DNA of 60,794 nucleotides, counting the filler, from Platydemus manokwari (lineage: Eukaryota), in NCBI GenBank assembly GCA_037951405.1. It is 5 parts of 5 records of this genome, joined end to end, with 100 filler letters (N's around TTAATTAATTAA, not from the genome) between each part and the next. Parts side by side here need not be neighbours in the genome. Positions count along the whole stretch, not along the records: positions 24,077 to 34,295 come from JBBMOY011157105.1; positions 34,396 to 50,974 come from JBBMOY011161436.1; 3 more parts are not named here. The stretch is one strand, 5' to 3'. Below are positions 28,584 to 41,400 of the stretch, piece after piece. The notes beneath the pieces were generated by a model. The model was not told the origin of the DNA. It ran no database searches and saw nothing but the letters and a program-made list of their open reading frames with translations. The first letter of the stretch is position 1. Each line of letters starts with the position of its first letter. Made by a program: the position numbers and the translations under genes.

Positions 28584-31500
28584 TTAAGAATTTTTCTGCG
28601 GAATCGAGATAGTAACAGATTTAACTTCAATGTAAGGTTCAATGCCAGCAAAACCACTGAATAAAAATAATGTTATAATGTAAAATAATTAAGGATTAAA
28701 TTGATAAATCAATCACAAAAAAATCTAAGATAATCATAATATATAACTGTGTGATGATAAAGTTTAAATCAATGCATTTATGAGGTAATTAAAGCTTTTC
28801 TATTTAAGAACCGAACTAATGTCAGGAATAGAGAACCAACATGTTCCCAATGGTTAAGTGATAAGTTTTAATGAAGTTAACTAAGCTGACCATGATTCTG
28901 AATCATCCAATGAGAGAAAGATAAAATGTTGAATTAATTTCCTGCTCGACAAATGATAACAATAACCGGTATACCGTTGGACAATTTGTTGGTATTGGGA
29001 AAAATTTCACTCACAAAGACTTTCATAATTTTTCAAATAATATTGTCAGAACGATGATATTTTTATTATAGTCTCCATAACCAAAATTTTTGGAATACTT
29101 TTTAAAGGATGCAAAACAAACAACAGTCTGCAATCCACATTTGATTGATTTCCAAATCCCATATTATAACACTTTACAAATAATAAATTAATCGATTAAA
29201 GTAATGAGAATGAGATAATAAATATTGGCTGTACAGCATATACTTTCAAAATTCTATCCTTATTTTTTAATATCAACATTTATTCTCATAATAATTTCAA
29301 GAACTGGCCAATTAATTTCAAGTAAATTTCAAATAATAGTATAAGCGTTTATTCAAATTAAAAGTAGAAAAAATTTCCTTTTTTAAAGAGAAAAACAAAA
29401 GATCCTTACAGTTCTCTGCCAAGTCCAGATTGCTTGAATCCACCAAATGGTGCAGTAACGAGGCCAACGTCATAACAATTAACCCTAAAATATTTATTCA
29501 TTTAAATATAATCGTGACCAATTAAATGGGTTTTACCAGACTGATCCCGCTTGTAAAGCTTGTGTCATCATCATAGCTTTATTAATATCAGAAGTGAACA
29601 CTCCTGCACCCAGTCCATATTTTGAATTATTTGCTCTTTCGATAACTTCTTCAATTGTATTAAATTTGAATACCGATTGAACAGGTCCAAAAATTTCTTC
29701 TTTAGCGATTCTCATATCATCTTTCACATCACCGAAAACAGTTGGTTGAATAAAATAGCCAACATCTCCAACTCGATGTCCTCCAGTTACCAATGTAGCA
29801 CCTTCTTCTTTACCACTTTCGATAAGATTCATAATCTTATTAAACTGTTCAATGTTAACCTATACAAATAATGATAATTTCGTCATAATTGATTGTTTGA
29901 ATGTTTCTGTCAAACCTGTGGACCTTGAACGGTTTTCGGATCAAAGGGATCTCCGACTATTCGATTTTCAGCAAGACGTTTCAATTTTTCAATGAATGTA
30001 TCATAGATACTCGCTTCGACAAACGTTCTTGTTCCAGCCACACAACACTGACCATGATTGGTCATACAAGCTTCATGAGCCATTTCGGCGGCTTTATCCA
30101 CTTGATATGTTATAATAAAAGTATGCACCAAAGAAAACCAAACAAACAATCATGGACATCAGCAAAAACGATCAATGGAGATTTTCCGCCTAATTCAAAA
30201 GTCACTCTTTTAATGGTACTTTCTCCGATATTCTTCATTATCAAATGACCAACTTCTGTACTGCCAGTAAATGTGACTTTATTCACATCTGGATGGCGAG
30301 TTAATGAGGCACCTGCTGTTGGACCATATCCAGGAACAATATTTATTACACCTTTCGGAAATCCTATTAAAATATTAAATAACAGTCAACAATTTACGGT
30401 AAGCAAATACAGCTAATGGGAAACTTCTCTGATTTATCGATCAAACAAATTCTTTAATATAAATCAGTAATTTCAATTTATCTATCTTCGTTATTTAATG
30501 AATTTCAATTCAAGATTTACGTCTTAGTATTTTATTCAACCGACAAAGTAGCTTTATAAAATGGCGCCAAACAAGTCAAAACCAGTGGTTAAAACGATGA
30601 TGTATTATTATTGTTTCATATAATCATATTACCAATAAATAAATATACCATATTAACTATTTGACATTATAATAAACAGACATAAATAGATTTCTATAAA
30701 ATCAAAAGAATATATTATTTAATTATCATAAATATTTGTTTGACTAATTTTCAATTAATGGTCCTCATGTGCTTCATTACATTAGAACTCTCAATGTGTT
30801 CATTACCAAATCTCCTCATATCAAATACGACGAAATCGTTTGTTTATCTGAGTTTATAACAACAGTACAATCAACTACCATAGTTGAGGGTAATTTATAA
30901 ACGGATGATATAAATAGATCATTCCAAGACTTTCTGAAATCGCCATCTAATGTTAATATACCAAGAATCTGATTTGTATAATCAAAATAACAATAACATT
31001 GATTCGACATGAAAATCAATTACGTTTTGTGTCATTACACTTGATTTTACATTGTCGAAGCTTCAATTGGTTAAATGCAATCACATTCTTGTTCAAACAA
31101 ACCAGTCAAACCATTAAATGAAAGTTAAACATTATAATTTGAAGTTTTAGATGCACTTCAAATATTCACTATTAGCATACTGTTTTCATGAATTGTAATA
31201 AGAAATAATTTGCATTTATTCATCTATAAAGAAAATGTTAACAATTGCTACCTGCTTTCAATACCAAATCTCCCAAGATCAGAGCAGTTAAAGGCGTTTG
31301 TTCAGCTGGTTTGATTACTATCGTACAACCGGCTGCAATAGCTGGAGCTAATTTAAAAATGGTTAACATAAATGGATAATTCCAAGGTACTATTGCTCCA
31401 ACTACTCCAACCGGTTCAATTCTAGTGTAGGAGATGTAATCACCATCCGGTGATGTTGTTACACCATGAATCTTGTCCGCATAACCCGCATAATAACGCA

Positions 31501-31912
31501 ATGTTTGCACAGCAGCTCCAATATCGCCTTGTGCAATTAAACTGGATTTCCCATTGTCCAAAGCTTCAACTCGTGAAATGTAATCAATTTCTTCTTCAAT
31601 CAAATCAGCTAATTTGTTCAATAATATGCCTCGTTGAGAAGCATCTGTTGTTCGCCATTCGGAGCCCAATTTAAAAGCTTCTTTAGCAGCTTTTACAGCT
31701 TTATCAATGTCTTTTTCTCTGCCTTCTTCCACTTGGGCTACTACTTTTTCATTTGTCGGATTAATAACTGGAAACGTTACTCCGTCCTCGCTTTTGCACC
31801 ATTCATTATTAATAAAGATCTGTGAAAAGAAATTATTAATAATAATATTCAATAATTGTCTGGAAAACTTTCAGTAATTTACCTTGGTAAATTTCACTTC
31901 AGGAGTTGTCAT
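28584..31912 (-). CDS. ALDH1A: Cytosolic ALDH1/ALDH2-family aldehyde dehydrogenase (ALDH1A/retinal dehydrogenase-like), 489 aa, 7 exons
   Basis: Exons 31912-31883, 31819-31252, 30363-30148, 30100-29916, 29859-29537, 29484-29410, 28656-28584 (1470 nt, all GT-AG, phases consistent). Motifs: [27 protein letters not shown], catalytic Glu in TFELGGKSP, catalytic Cys in [28 protein letters not shown]-terminal PQKNS*. Starts [10 protein letters not shown] with no mitochondrial presequence. Confidence 0.95.
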
Positions 31913-32005
31913 TCTGATACGATTAAACAAAACAAAAATTTAATATAATCTGTAACAAATTCTTATAATCAAGTTATACTAATAAAACATTTTTGAACTT
32001 TAATC

Positions 32006-32013
32006 TTTATATA
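32006..32013 (-). promoter_or_regulatory. Candidate TATA box of the ALDH gene
   Basis: TATATAAA on the minus strand about 95 nt upstream of the ATG; an AATAAA lies 40 nt past the stop (28539-28544). The AT-rich background weakens both signals. Confidence 0.35.
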
Positions 32014-33469
32014 CATATCAATGTAATGCAAGCATTTAATCATTTCATGCTTTAACGAAATGAGAACTGTAACTTGTTTGTAATGTTCGCGTGTAGCTTT
32101 AGTATCGGAATTGTCGAATGAAATTATGCTGAATTGATAGTTAGAAAAAAATTTTGTTCTGAAATCTTAATGTCAATTGAATTATGTCTAAAGTACATTA
32201 TTTTTTTTAATGTAATTCATTCTGTATTCCCTTAAACGTTTAGTTAATTGTTGATTTTGATAATTAATTAATATATTTTTTTAAAAAACTTAACCTTTTT
32301 AACTGATTAAAAATCTATCAGGTAGGTACCGAGAGTATTTGTTTATTAAGTTAAATAAGTTAAATGTGGAATTCAATGAACATTTTCATTTGTTTATATA
32401 AAATACTATATATTTTAAGCTTGACCGACTGTTTATGTAAAACATATTTTCGAGTTTATTGTCATTTTCTAAACTTCACAATGAAAGTGCACATTATTTG
32501 TAAGGTTAATAATTTTTTTAATTGTTCTAAGTCAATTGATATTTAACTACCTTATTACAATAATAAATTTGAATTTCTTTGCTACCTTTAAGTGTTATTA
32601 TTTGATATTATATGTATTTTTATACTTTACCACTTAGAAATTATATGAGCTATACATTATTTCTTCTTTTATGTTACTCTATATACTAGTAATATTTCAG
32701 ATAATCCGACAAGATGTTCATTGTGATAATTTCCGTATATTTTAGAACGCCTGAATAAATTTGTATTATCGTTGAGTATGATGTAACAATCTCACGAATC
32801 GCGATAAATGCATACCATGATTCTTATACCGTAGGTTTCTTCTGTGTTTCACAATGCACCGACAAAGACAAAAACATAAGCAAATTATAAACACTAGTAG
32901 TAGTATATTTATTACATCACTGAAAGATTTTTTCTAAATTTTAATTTAGGACAAACAAAGTTCCTATGAAAAAGAAATTAAAGATCTTATTAACCATTAC
33001 ATAACATAAGTATTATTGCTTGCTCCATTAAAAGTTTTCCAAAGTGAAATTCAATGCAAATAAATTATAAAATCATCAACAATAAAGCACTTGAAAAAAA
33101 ATTTATTGATTTTAAATATATCAAATATACCAAGAATTTTAAAAATGTTTCAATACCTATATGCTCAAAAAACATTACCACTGGTTTAGTTTAACAACCG
33201 AGCACTATTGATAATCTTAAATGGTTTTATGACAATCAATGCAGGTTTATCGGTGATAAAATTTGCTTGATTAAAATAGATTACTTGTGTAATGCATTAC
33301 GGAAATGGGAATTGTTACAGATAAATGCTGTAACAGTAGGGGTTCCCATTCTACCTGACAATACTGTCCATATCAATATAATTATTGTATTAGAATACTT
33401 GGAAATTTCAGTGAATAGAGATAGAATGTAGTACCGAATTGATCACTCAGTTTCCAATAATTCAGTGCT

Positions 33470-33880
33470 TTGAGTAAATTTCTATGAGGACATTGTGCGA
33501 TCAGTTTTTTGTGCCTTGATTACTGTGCATTCAAACTTGGACTTCTCAATTTTGTGTCTAAGTTAGTATTGTAATTCTGTCCGGAACATTTTAGATATAT
33601 TTATTTAGAGACAATCATCTTTTATAGCCACGCTGTCGTTGTTTCTACATTCTTGTGACCTATTACAAAGTCCAGGATATGCTTTTCTTGTTTGCATTTG
33701 GTGGTATGGTGAGACAAGAAATTTCGATTCCCAAAAAAAGACGTCTGTGGATTGACTAATATATATTTGGATCCCAGCTGGGGACTCCACAACAAAATTA
33801 TAAATTTTAAAACAGTAAAGATGGCTATCATATAGGACAAAAAAGTCTATGGAATAGAAAAAGAATAATTTCAAGTATAA
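33470..33880 (+). mobile_element. Possible decayed L1/Tx1-like ORF2 C-terminal (zf-RVT) fragment
   Basis: Broken frames KFYEDIVRS..., IFYSHAVVVSTFL...RICFSC..., IINFKTVKMAII and YHIGQKSLWNRK resemble the H-A...C-x-x-C...K-x-A-I/LW-x-R tail of non-LTR ORF2; many stops. Confidence 0.25.
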
Positions 33881-34199
33881 AGAATTAAAATTTTAAGATT
33901 AAATTTCAAATCCTCCGAAAATATTTTTAAGAGTTTTCTTTAAGTCATTTTATTCAAAGTTCATATAGCTTATTTAATCAATGGGTGATAAAAAGTATAA
34001 ATAATTAGAAATTTTTTATTATTTACCGTCTTATTCGGATTCTTAAATTTGATAATTAGAACACGTAACGGAGTTAGTGATGATATTGTTTAACAACATT
34101 ATTTTTATTTGATTTAATTGATCATTAGCATATCAACAAAATTAAAAATGAATTAACATGTAATAAAAATTTTTATAGTATTATTATTATGATAATAAT

Positions 34200-34295
34200 A
34201 ATGATTATGATTATTATGAATATTATGATTATGATTATGATTATGATTATGATTATGATTATGATTATGATTATGATTATGATTATGATTATGAT
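34200..34295. repeat. (ATGATT)n microsatellite abutting an assembly linker
   Basis: Direct hexamer tandem array running into the Ns. Confidence 0.95.
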
Positions 34296-35422
34296 NNNNN
34301 NNNNNNNNNNNNNNNNNNNNNNNNNNNNNNNNNNNNNNNTTAATTAATTAANNNNNNNNNNNNNNNNNNNNNNNNNNNNNNNNNNNNNNNNNNNNATGTT
34401 TAAATGATTTGGTAAAACAAAAACTTTAAACAACTAAAAAACATGAATAACTTTTGACTCAGCCTAATAATCTATGAGATCAACAAAGGAATGAAAATGG
34501 ATCAGAATAAATAAGCATGCAGAGGTTGAACAACACACCTTTTTTGAACATGGTTCGAAGACAATCACCATTTACAAATTTACTACTATTCGGAGTTATT
34601 ATCGCGCGCAAGTCATTGTTGTATTATTAATCGATTGGAATTTTAGCAATGATTACAAGGAAAGTATTCTGATTCTTTTTTGAAATCCAAAACAATTGAG
34701 CGGAGTAAGGTTCTTTTAATTTTATAACAATTTTTTAACAATTAATTATTAATTATTTTAAATTTTGCCGAAATTAACTTTCCTTTAAATTGACCGCCAC
34801 ACTATCCTCTTCGGACTCTCAGCCACTCGTTTTCGCGACGCGCTGAATATTGGAACAATTTTTTTGTTACATTTTCAACTCATGTTATTATTTTTTAATT
34901 CATAAATAAGTCTTAAGAGATATTGTCTTGCGAGTTTTATCATTATAGAACTGCATACGACTTCCAATAGTTGCGAGATTATAACTATTAATCAACATTA
35001 TGAATTTTAGATTTGTTTCAAAACAAAAATCAAATTTAAATAGTTAATATTAGATTAAAACTTAAATTTAGAAGCCTATAGATTATTTCAAATCATAAGA
35101 AGCACCTTAAGACCATCGTTAAGATTCAAACTAGCATTAATAAATATAATAATCAGACTTAATCTACTACACTAAATATAAATAATAATCAATGATCATA
35201 AATTTATTTTTTTTAAAATTAAAACACGAATAAATGAAGAAACAACTTCTAAAATTGTCAGATCCTTAAATTTGCACATTTTTACATCAAAACAGCGAAA
35301 TCTTTGCGAGGGGCGAAAGTTTTCGAGCAATAATTTATTTTCGAAAATGAAATTTAAACCAGCGAATATTAATTAGATTTTATCAGCATTTCATTATTCA
35401 GAAAAGAAAAAATCTAAACCAA

Positions 35423-38400
35423 CTAACATATTCGTGTATTAAGTTCATCATCTTCAGTACGGATCATTTTAGAATCCGAAGACCAATCGATTCTTAAAAC
35501 GTTCCAAGAATTCTGAAAACATAAAAATATCAACTAGTTAATAAAGTGTTTGTTAAAGTTGCTAAATTCTTCAAAAGGTATAAACTAGAAAAAAATATTT
35601 ACAATATCCAGATTAAGATTCATTTAAATGAAAGCAAAAATCCAAAATGAATAATTAAAAATAACATTTTACATTTATAAAATAATATTCTTTAAATAAA
35701 CTGTTATTGAGATTGTTATATGTTTTCGTGATAATCGAATAATTAACTAGTCATTTATATAATTATCACCGTTGATAAATTTTAAAAATAGGATTTATGG
35801 AGCTATTGTGAACGAATTAACAAGGTAACATTTTAATGTATGATGAATAATTGTAAGAACGTGTATCTTAATGCTCTTGATACTAATACATTTTGAATTT
35901 ATATACTGCAAATAAGAGTGTCACTTAAGAATGGATCCTTAAAAATATTTATATTAGAATCATTCGAATTATTGAAATTACGATATTCCAATATTACTAA
36001 TAATTTCAATGCTACCAACCAAAACCATTTAAATAATAATAATAATGATTATAAGTAAAAAAGCTGATACATGATTTCCTAAACATATTCCAGATTCAAA
36101 CAGTGTAACTTTGAATTTTGGAATTTTGAGCTATTTGGAGATTAAGCAAGATTAACATAAAATTAGTAGTTTACTGAATTACAATTAATGAATATATGCA
36201 CTATTATGAAAATTAATTCAAATTTTATTAGTCAAATAATTAGTATAGTTTTTTAAAAATAAAAATAAACCTTAAACTCCATATTTGTTGCAAGCCGACA
36301 AAAAGATCCCTGGTCAAGCACAGTTAACATTTTCAATCCAGATTTTGAACAACTGGCACACAAAAGACGTCCATCTGTTTCAAGAAATAAAAATGTTAAT
36401 AATTAATTCTACCATTTACAGAATGAAATTATATTTTATATTTTTAGCTATTTAGTTTCAATCCTGTTTATTGTTAGGTAATGACGAAACAGAAATTCTT
36501 TTAATGAATTAATTGCACTTAAGATATAATTTAATTACACACCATTATTAAAAAAAAACAAATTGTTTCCTTAAACTATATCCCATTATCATAATTGATC
36601 TTATTTGGTGGTCACATAGTACACGTAGTCAATAAATCGTATACCTTTGCTTTAGCCAGTATGAATTGGATTTTATTTAGTCTCACAGAATGCTGATTAT
36701 TATTAATAATAAATAACGACTACTTTACTAATATAAATAATATTAGCTTATGTTGATGTTTTACTTTTTATGAAAATCCTAATTAGTATTTGTAGTCGAT
36801 GTCATTTGATTGGTCTTTAATAATGTTCATAGACTATTCAATGATAATGATTGACGAAATATGTAACTCAATACCTGGTGAATATTGTAAACATGTCACT
36901 GGTTTCTGAGCTGGATCAATTTGCAAGGACATAACATGAATCCCAGTTTTATTTTGAACAATGATGAGCTTGCCTGTATTGGTCCCTATGGCTATGTATT
37001 GTCCATCGATATGATACGAAATCGCAGAGCATTCATTCTAATTTGTTTATGATTATCAACATTAAGTTATTTTACTTTTACTTTATAAATATTTTAAGTA
37101 ATGATAATGATTTTGAGCATTAGCGATTGTCATTTGCATAGAGTATTTAAAATACAAAAAAATTCGATATTTATTGGAACTGTAAGATGATATCTGTTGT
37201 CTAAAAATTATTATTAGAATATATATAATTGTGACTGTGTATATGCCAACTCCTTGACAGTTCATTAGGTAGTCATTTCTTAACAGAAGGGCTTATTTAT
37301 AAATTCCAGCTACACATTTTTTATTAATTTTACTGGCAAAACAAAAAGCGAAGAAAGAGAACTTAATAATTTTGTAACAGACAGCATATAAAGCACAAAA
37401 GGTTATTATTATTTTTATTTCATCTGGTTTAATATAATATTGGTAACTCAACGATTTGACAACAATTTCAAAAAAATTCATATAAAATGCTATTGTTCGT
37501 TATTGATGTTGACTTTTCTAAGACATTTCATTTACTGAGTAGAATAACGATAATTGAGAAAGAAAATAACAAATGTCTGGTCTTGTTTTGTTTCGTCTGT
37601 CATCGTCTGTATTTTGTCACCTGCTGCGGCATAAGAGGTAGTTAGTCAATACTTTCATTATTATATTGCGGGAGCTATACAATGTGTACAATAATTATAA
37701 AAATGATCACGAAAAAAACTGGAAAAACAAAATAAGTTTATTAAATACGTGGTAGGGTTATTTTTGTGTCTCTAATGAGATTTACAGATTAATGCTTCAT
37801 TTGCATTTAATATGCCTGATTGTAAAACAGGATTAAAATTTTATATAATGTTACCATTTGATTATTTTATCTTCACAACTACAATTGATTAAATAATTCA
37901 GTTATATTTATATTGTGATATCAATATCTTACATCTATAGGACTCGCCCACATCACTCGCCTCTGTAACATTGACCATTTAATTATTAATTTATCGCTTC
38001 CTCCCGAAACGAAGCAATGATAGTTAGGAGATGCAGCTAATTTTATCGGGCTACTACATTGACCATGGTTTTGAAACAGCAACTTAAATGAATCTTGAAG
38101 TGACCCTTCCAGAATAATCGAACGATCAGTAGCAATCCATAATTTTCCATCATTTCTTTCGGGATGGCAAGAAACAATAGAGATAATTTTTCCATAATAT
38201 TCTAAAATCTATAAAGACATTACTTTTTAATATGGTAATATGAAGAATTCAATACGGTAACGGTATCTAATGTGTTTCTATATCTATGTGACATTTGATG
38301 ACATCGAAATCAGTACAGAGTTATTTTAATAGATTCTTAGTTTACATCGAAAAATTTTAACTAACAAAATGGATATACTCAAGATGGGTTATACGTTATT

Positions 38401-41400
38401 TAGCCAAATCAAAAAAGCCGTTTAATCTATCCTATATTATTATATGGATCAGTATTTCAATATCAAAATATTCTTCATAAAAATTGCTGTTAAGAACATT
38501 CAAGGTGGTCTAATTATACTGGTCAGTCGTTGATATAATTTAATATTCAATACGTTGCGTTCTTTGACAAATTTGAAATCCTTGAATGAATCCCATGCTT
38601 TAATTGAGTTATTTGATGCTGTGATTATAGTTCCATCACCAACGAGTAGAATTGAAGACACCTTATCCTAATGATAAAAGACTTTGTTTTTAATATTTAA
38701 CAATGACATTGTATAGATGTACCCTATGGGCATGAAATAACTGTGGAACAGTACGATTGACAAATGCTTCTTCCTCATCTAGTGACCACAGATGAATTGA
38801 TCCGTTCGAATCTCCAGATAAGATATTACCAGTGAGATCAAATATCGCGCAGCTCACATAATCCGGAATGCAAAACTAAATTTAAAATTGTTAATTGAAT
38901 ACTGGATAGATTTGTCTATAAATCGACACTCTAGACAGGGGTCTCCAAACTTTTTCAGCAAAGGGCCACATTGCTGATTTTTTAAAATTTGTAGGGCCAA
39001 AGATAACGGAAAATGGAATAATCTATATAATTTTCGTAACTCTAGGCGCTCTGGAACATATCTAAAAACGCGATGAAACATCATTAAAATACTGCGATTA
39101 TCATAAATATGTGTATCACTTAATTTTGTCATAATGTTCGTGTGTTTCATAGTAAGCTTGGCGGGCCGTACTTTGGAGGCCCCTGCTCTAGAATTCTATA
39201 ATGAAATCAGACTTATAAAAACTTTAAATAATGTAATTATAACATTTCAAATGATATGAATTTTGACAAATGTTAATTTTTTGATAGTAAAATTGAAATG
39301 TTATGATAAAAAAATGAAATTAATTTTAATCCAAATCTATAATAAAATATTATTTTCAAATTGAAAGTTCATATTCTATTTATGAAGGTGAAATATAAAC
39401 GAAAGAAAAATACGTTATGAAATACTTCTGCATAATAGAAATTATTGAAATTGTCTTTAACGTTGCTTTAATTTAAAATTAAGGAAGTAACCATTGTAAT
39501 TTCCTTTGGTTTACATATTTTCATTTATAGTTACCAGTTTATAATTTGTCGAAATGTGTCAGCAAAAAATTATTATCCAGGTTGAAATCAATTCTGTATA
39601 CAAACATTATCGATAATTTTGTGTTATAAAAAATGTATTCATGGAATGTAAAGTATTGTTAAAGAGTTTCATTCTTAGAGAATTTTCACCATTAAGTTAG
39701 ACTTTTGATTAATATACCTTTCAATCAAATGATTGGTGAAAATTTCTCATCCTGATAACAGTTTTAGTACGAAACAGTTGAGGAAGAACTATGGACGAAT
39801 GCAAGGAAAGATCACAGTTCGTTATAAACCAGATTTGTAATAAAATTGATTTTTTCAACCAATTTTTCAAGACCTTTAAAATAAATCCATGTTTATGTTT
39901 CCAAAGACCGTCCTTATGGTCTTAATACGTGTCATCAACCCGATTAAATAACTTTTTTGAAAGATATACCAAATATTTTAAATCATTTTGTGAGCTATTT
40001 TAATAAATCATGTAAGCTTCCGATCTTTCCATAATTTAAGTGTTTTTATTTCAATGGATGATTTTATTGACTAAGTACAATTCAATTCCTTAAATTTTAA
40101 TAGATAACGTATAGACAATATTTTTATCAGATAACTGGCAAGTTATAGACGAAATAACATTATTATTTTGATATCTGATATTTAGAAATCCCAGTATCAC
40201 GTTATGTAGTTGATTATTCATATTTAAATTCAAAGCTGTGTCATATTTATGAGACCAGTAATTGGTATGCTAGAATGACTGCGCGTATTCAATGAAAATG
40301 GATTTTTATTGTAATACATAAGTAAGATATTTTTTTTCAATTTTGAAATTGACAATATAGAAGTTATAATAATATTTACAATAATAACATTAACAATATT
40401 GATAGTTAAATTACTTCAAAAATCCCGCTTTTCTTATCACGTAAAATTTTTGCATTTCCAGCATCTTGCCAAAAAACTCTCCAAACATTGATGTGTTGAT
40501 AACCATAAGTGACAATAGTTGAGCTATCATCTGGATGAAATCGACCAGCGATCACCTCTTCTCTATTACATTTTGTATAAGCAACCTTCGTGTTGGTATG
40601 CCAATTATAGATATTCAGGTTTTGATTCTGTCCTCGCTGAGGACTATCGAGAATCATGATAAATTCGCCTTCATCCTTTTCATTTGATTAAACATCCATC
40701 ACTAGAAAACAACAAAATTGTGTATACCTCATTTGAAAAGTCGATAGAACATAGATTTTCTGAAAGATTATTGGAAATTTTACTGACGATACTGCAGTCA
40801 TTGACATTCCACACGTACACAAGTGACTATTTGATTTGGGTAAAATAGTTAAGTGAGCTCAAAAAACCTTACAGAACCACTTAATGAATTCTGGCCAGAA
40901 CCAACATATTTTCTATTAGGATGTACTGCAAAACTAGGAAATAAATAAACAGTAACAATCATTAAATATTGGATTATTTTAGAGAACTCTGCACATATGA
41001 AGGTTGCTTAAATACTCCTTTATATATATTCATATCGAAAAATAGTTTGAAGTGATTACTAACAAATCATTCGAAGAATTCTCCCAGAAATAGTTTCTTA
41101 CCATCCACAAGTTTTTGGGAGAATTTTCCTTCCGATTAAAATTTTATTTTATTCTCATGCAATGATAAAATTATAAATCCAAGATAATTCATTACAAAGT
41201 AATTCCATATGGCTTCATTTTTCTTACGGATAATTTCGACCGAGTCCAGCAAATAGGTTTAAATGTATTTGATGATTTGTACGCTGCTTCTAATATCTAC
41301 TAATCTTCAAATAATTTAATAATGTTAATCAATTTTAAAACAGAGTTTCCCACATTTTCTTTTATAAAAAATTTTCAAAATTGTTTCACAGCAAATTAAA

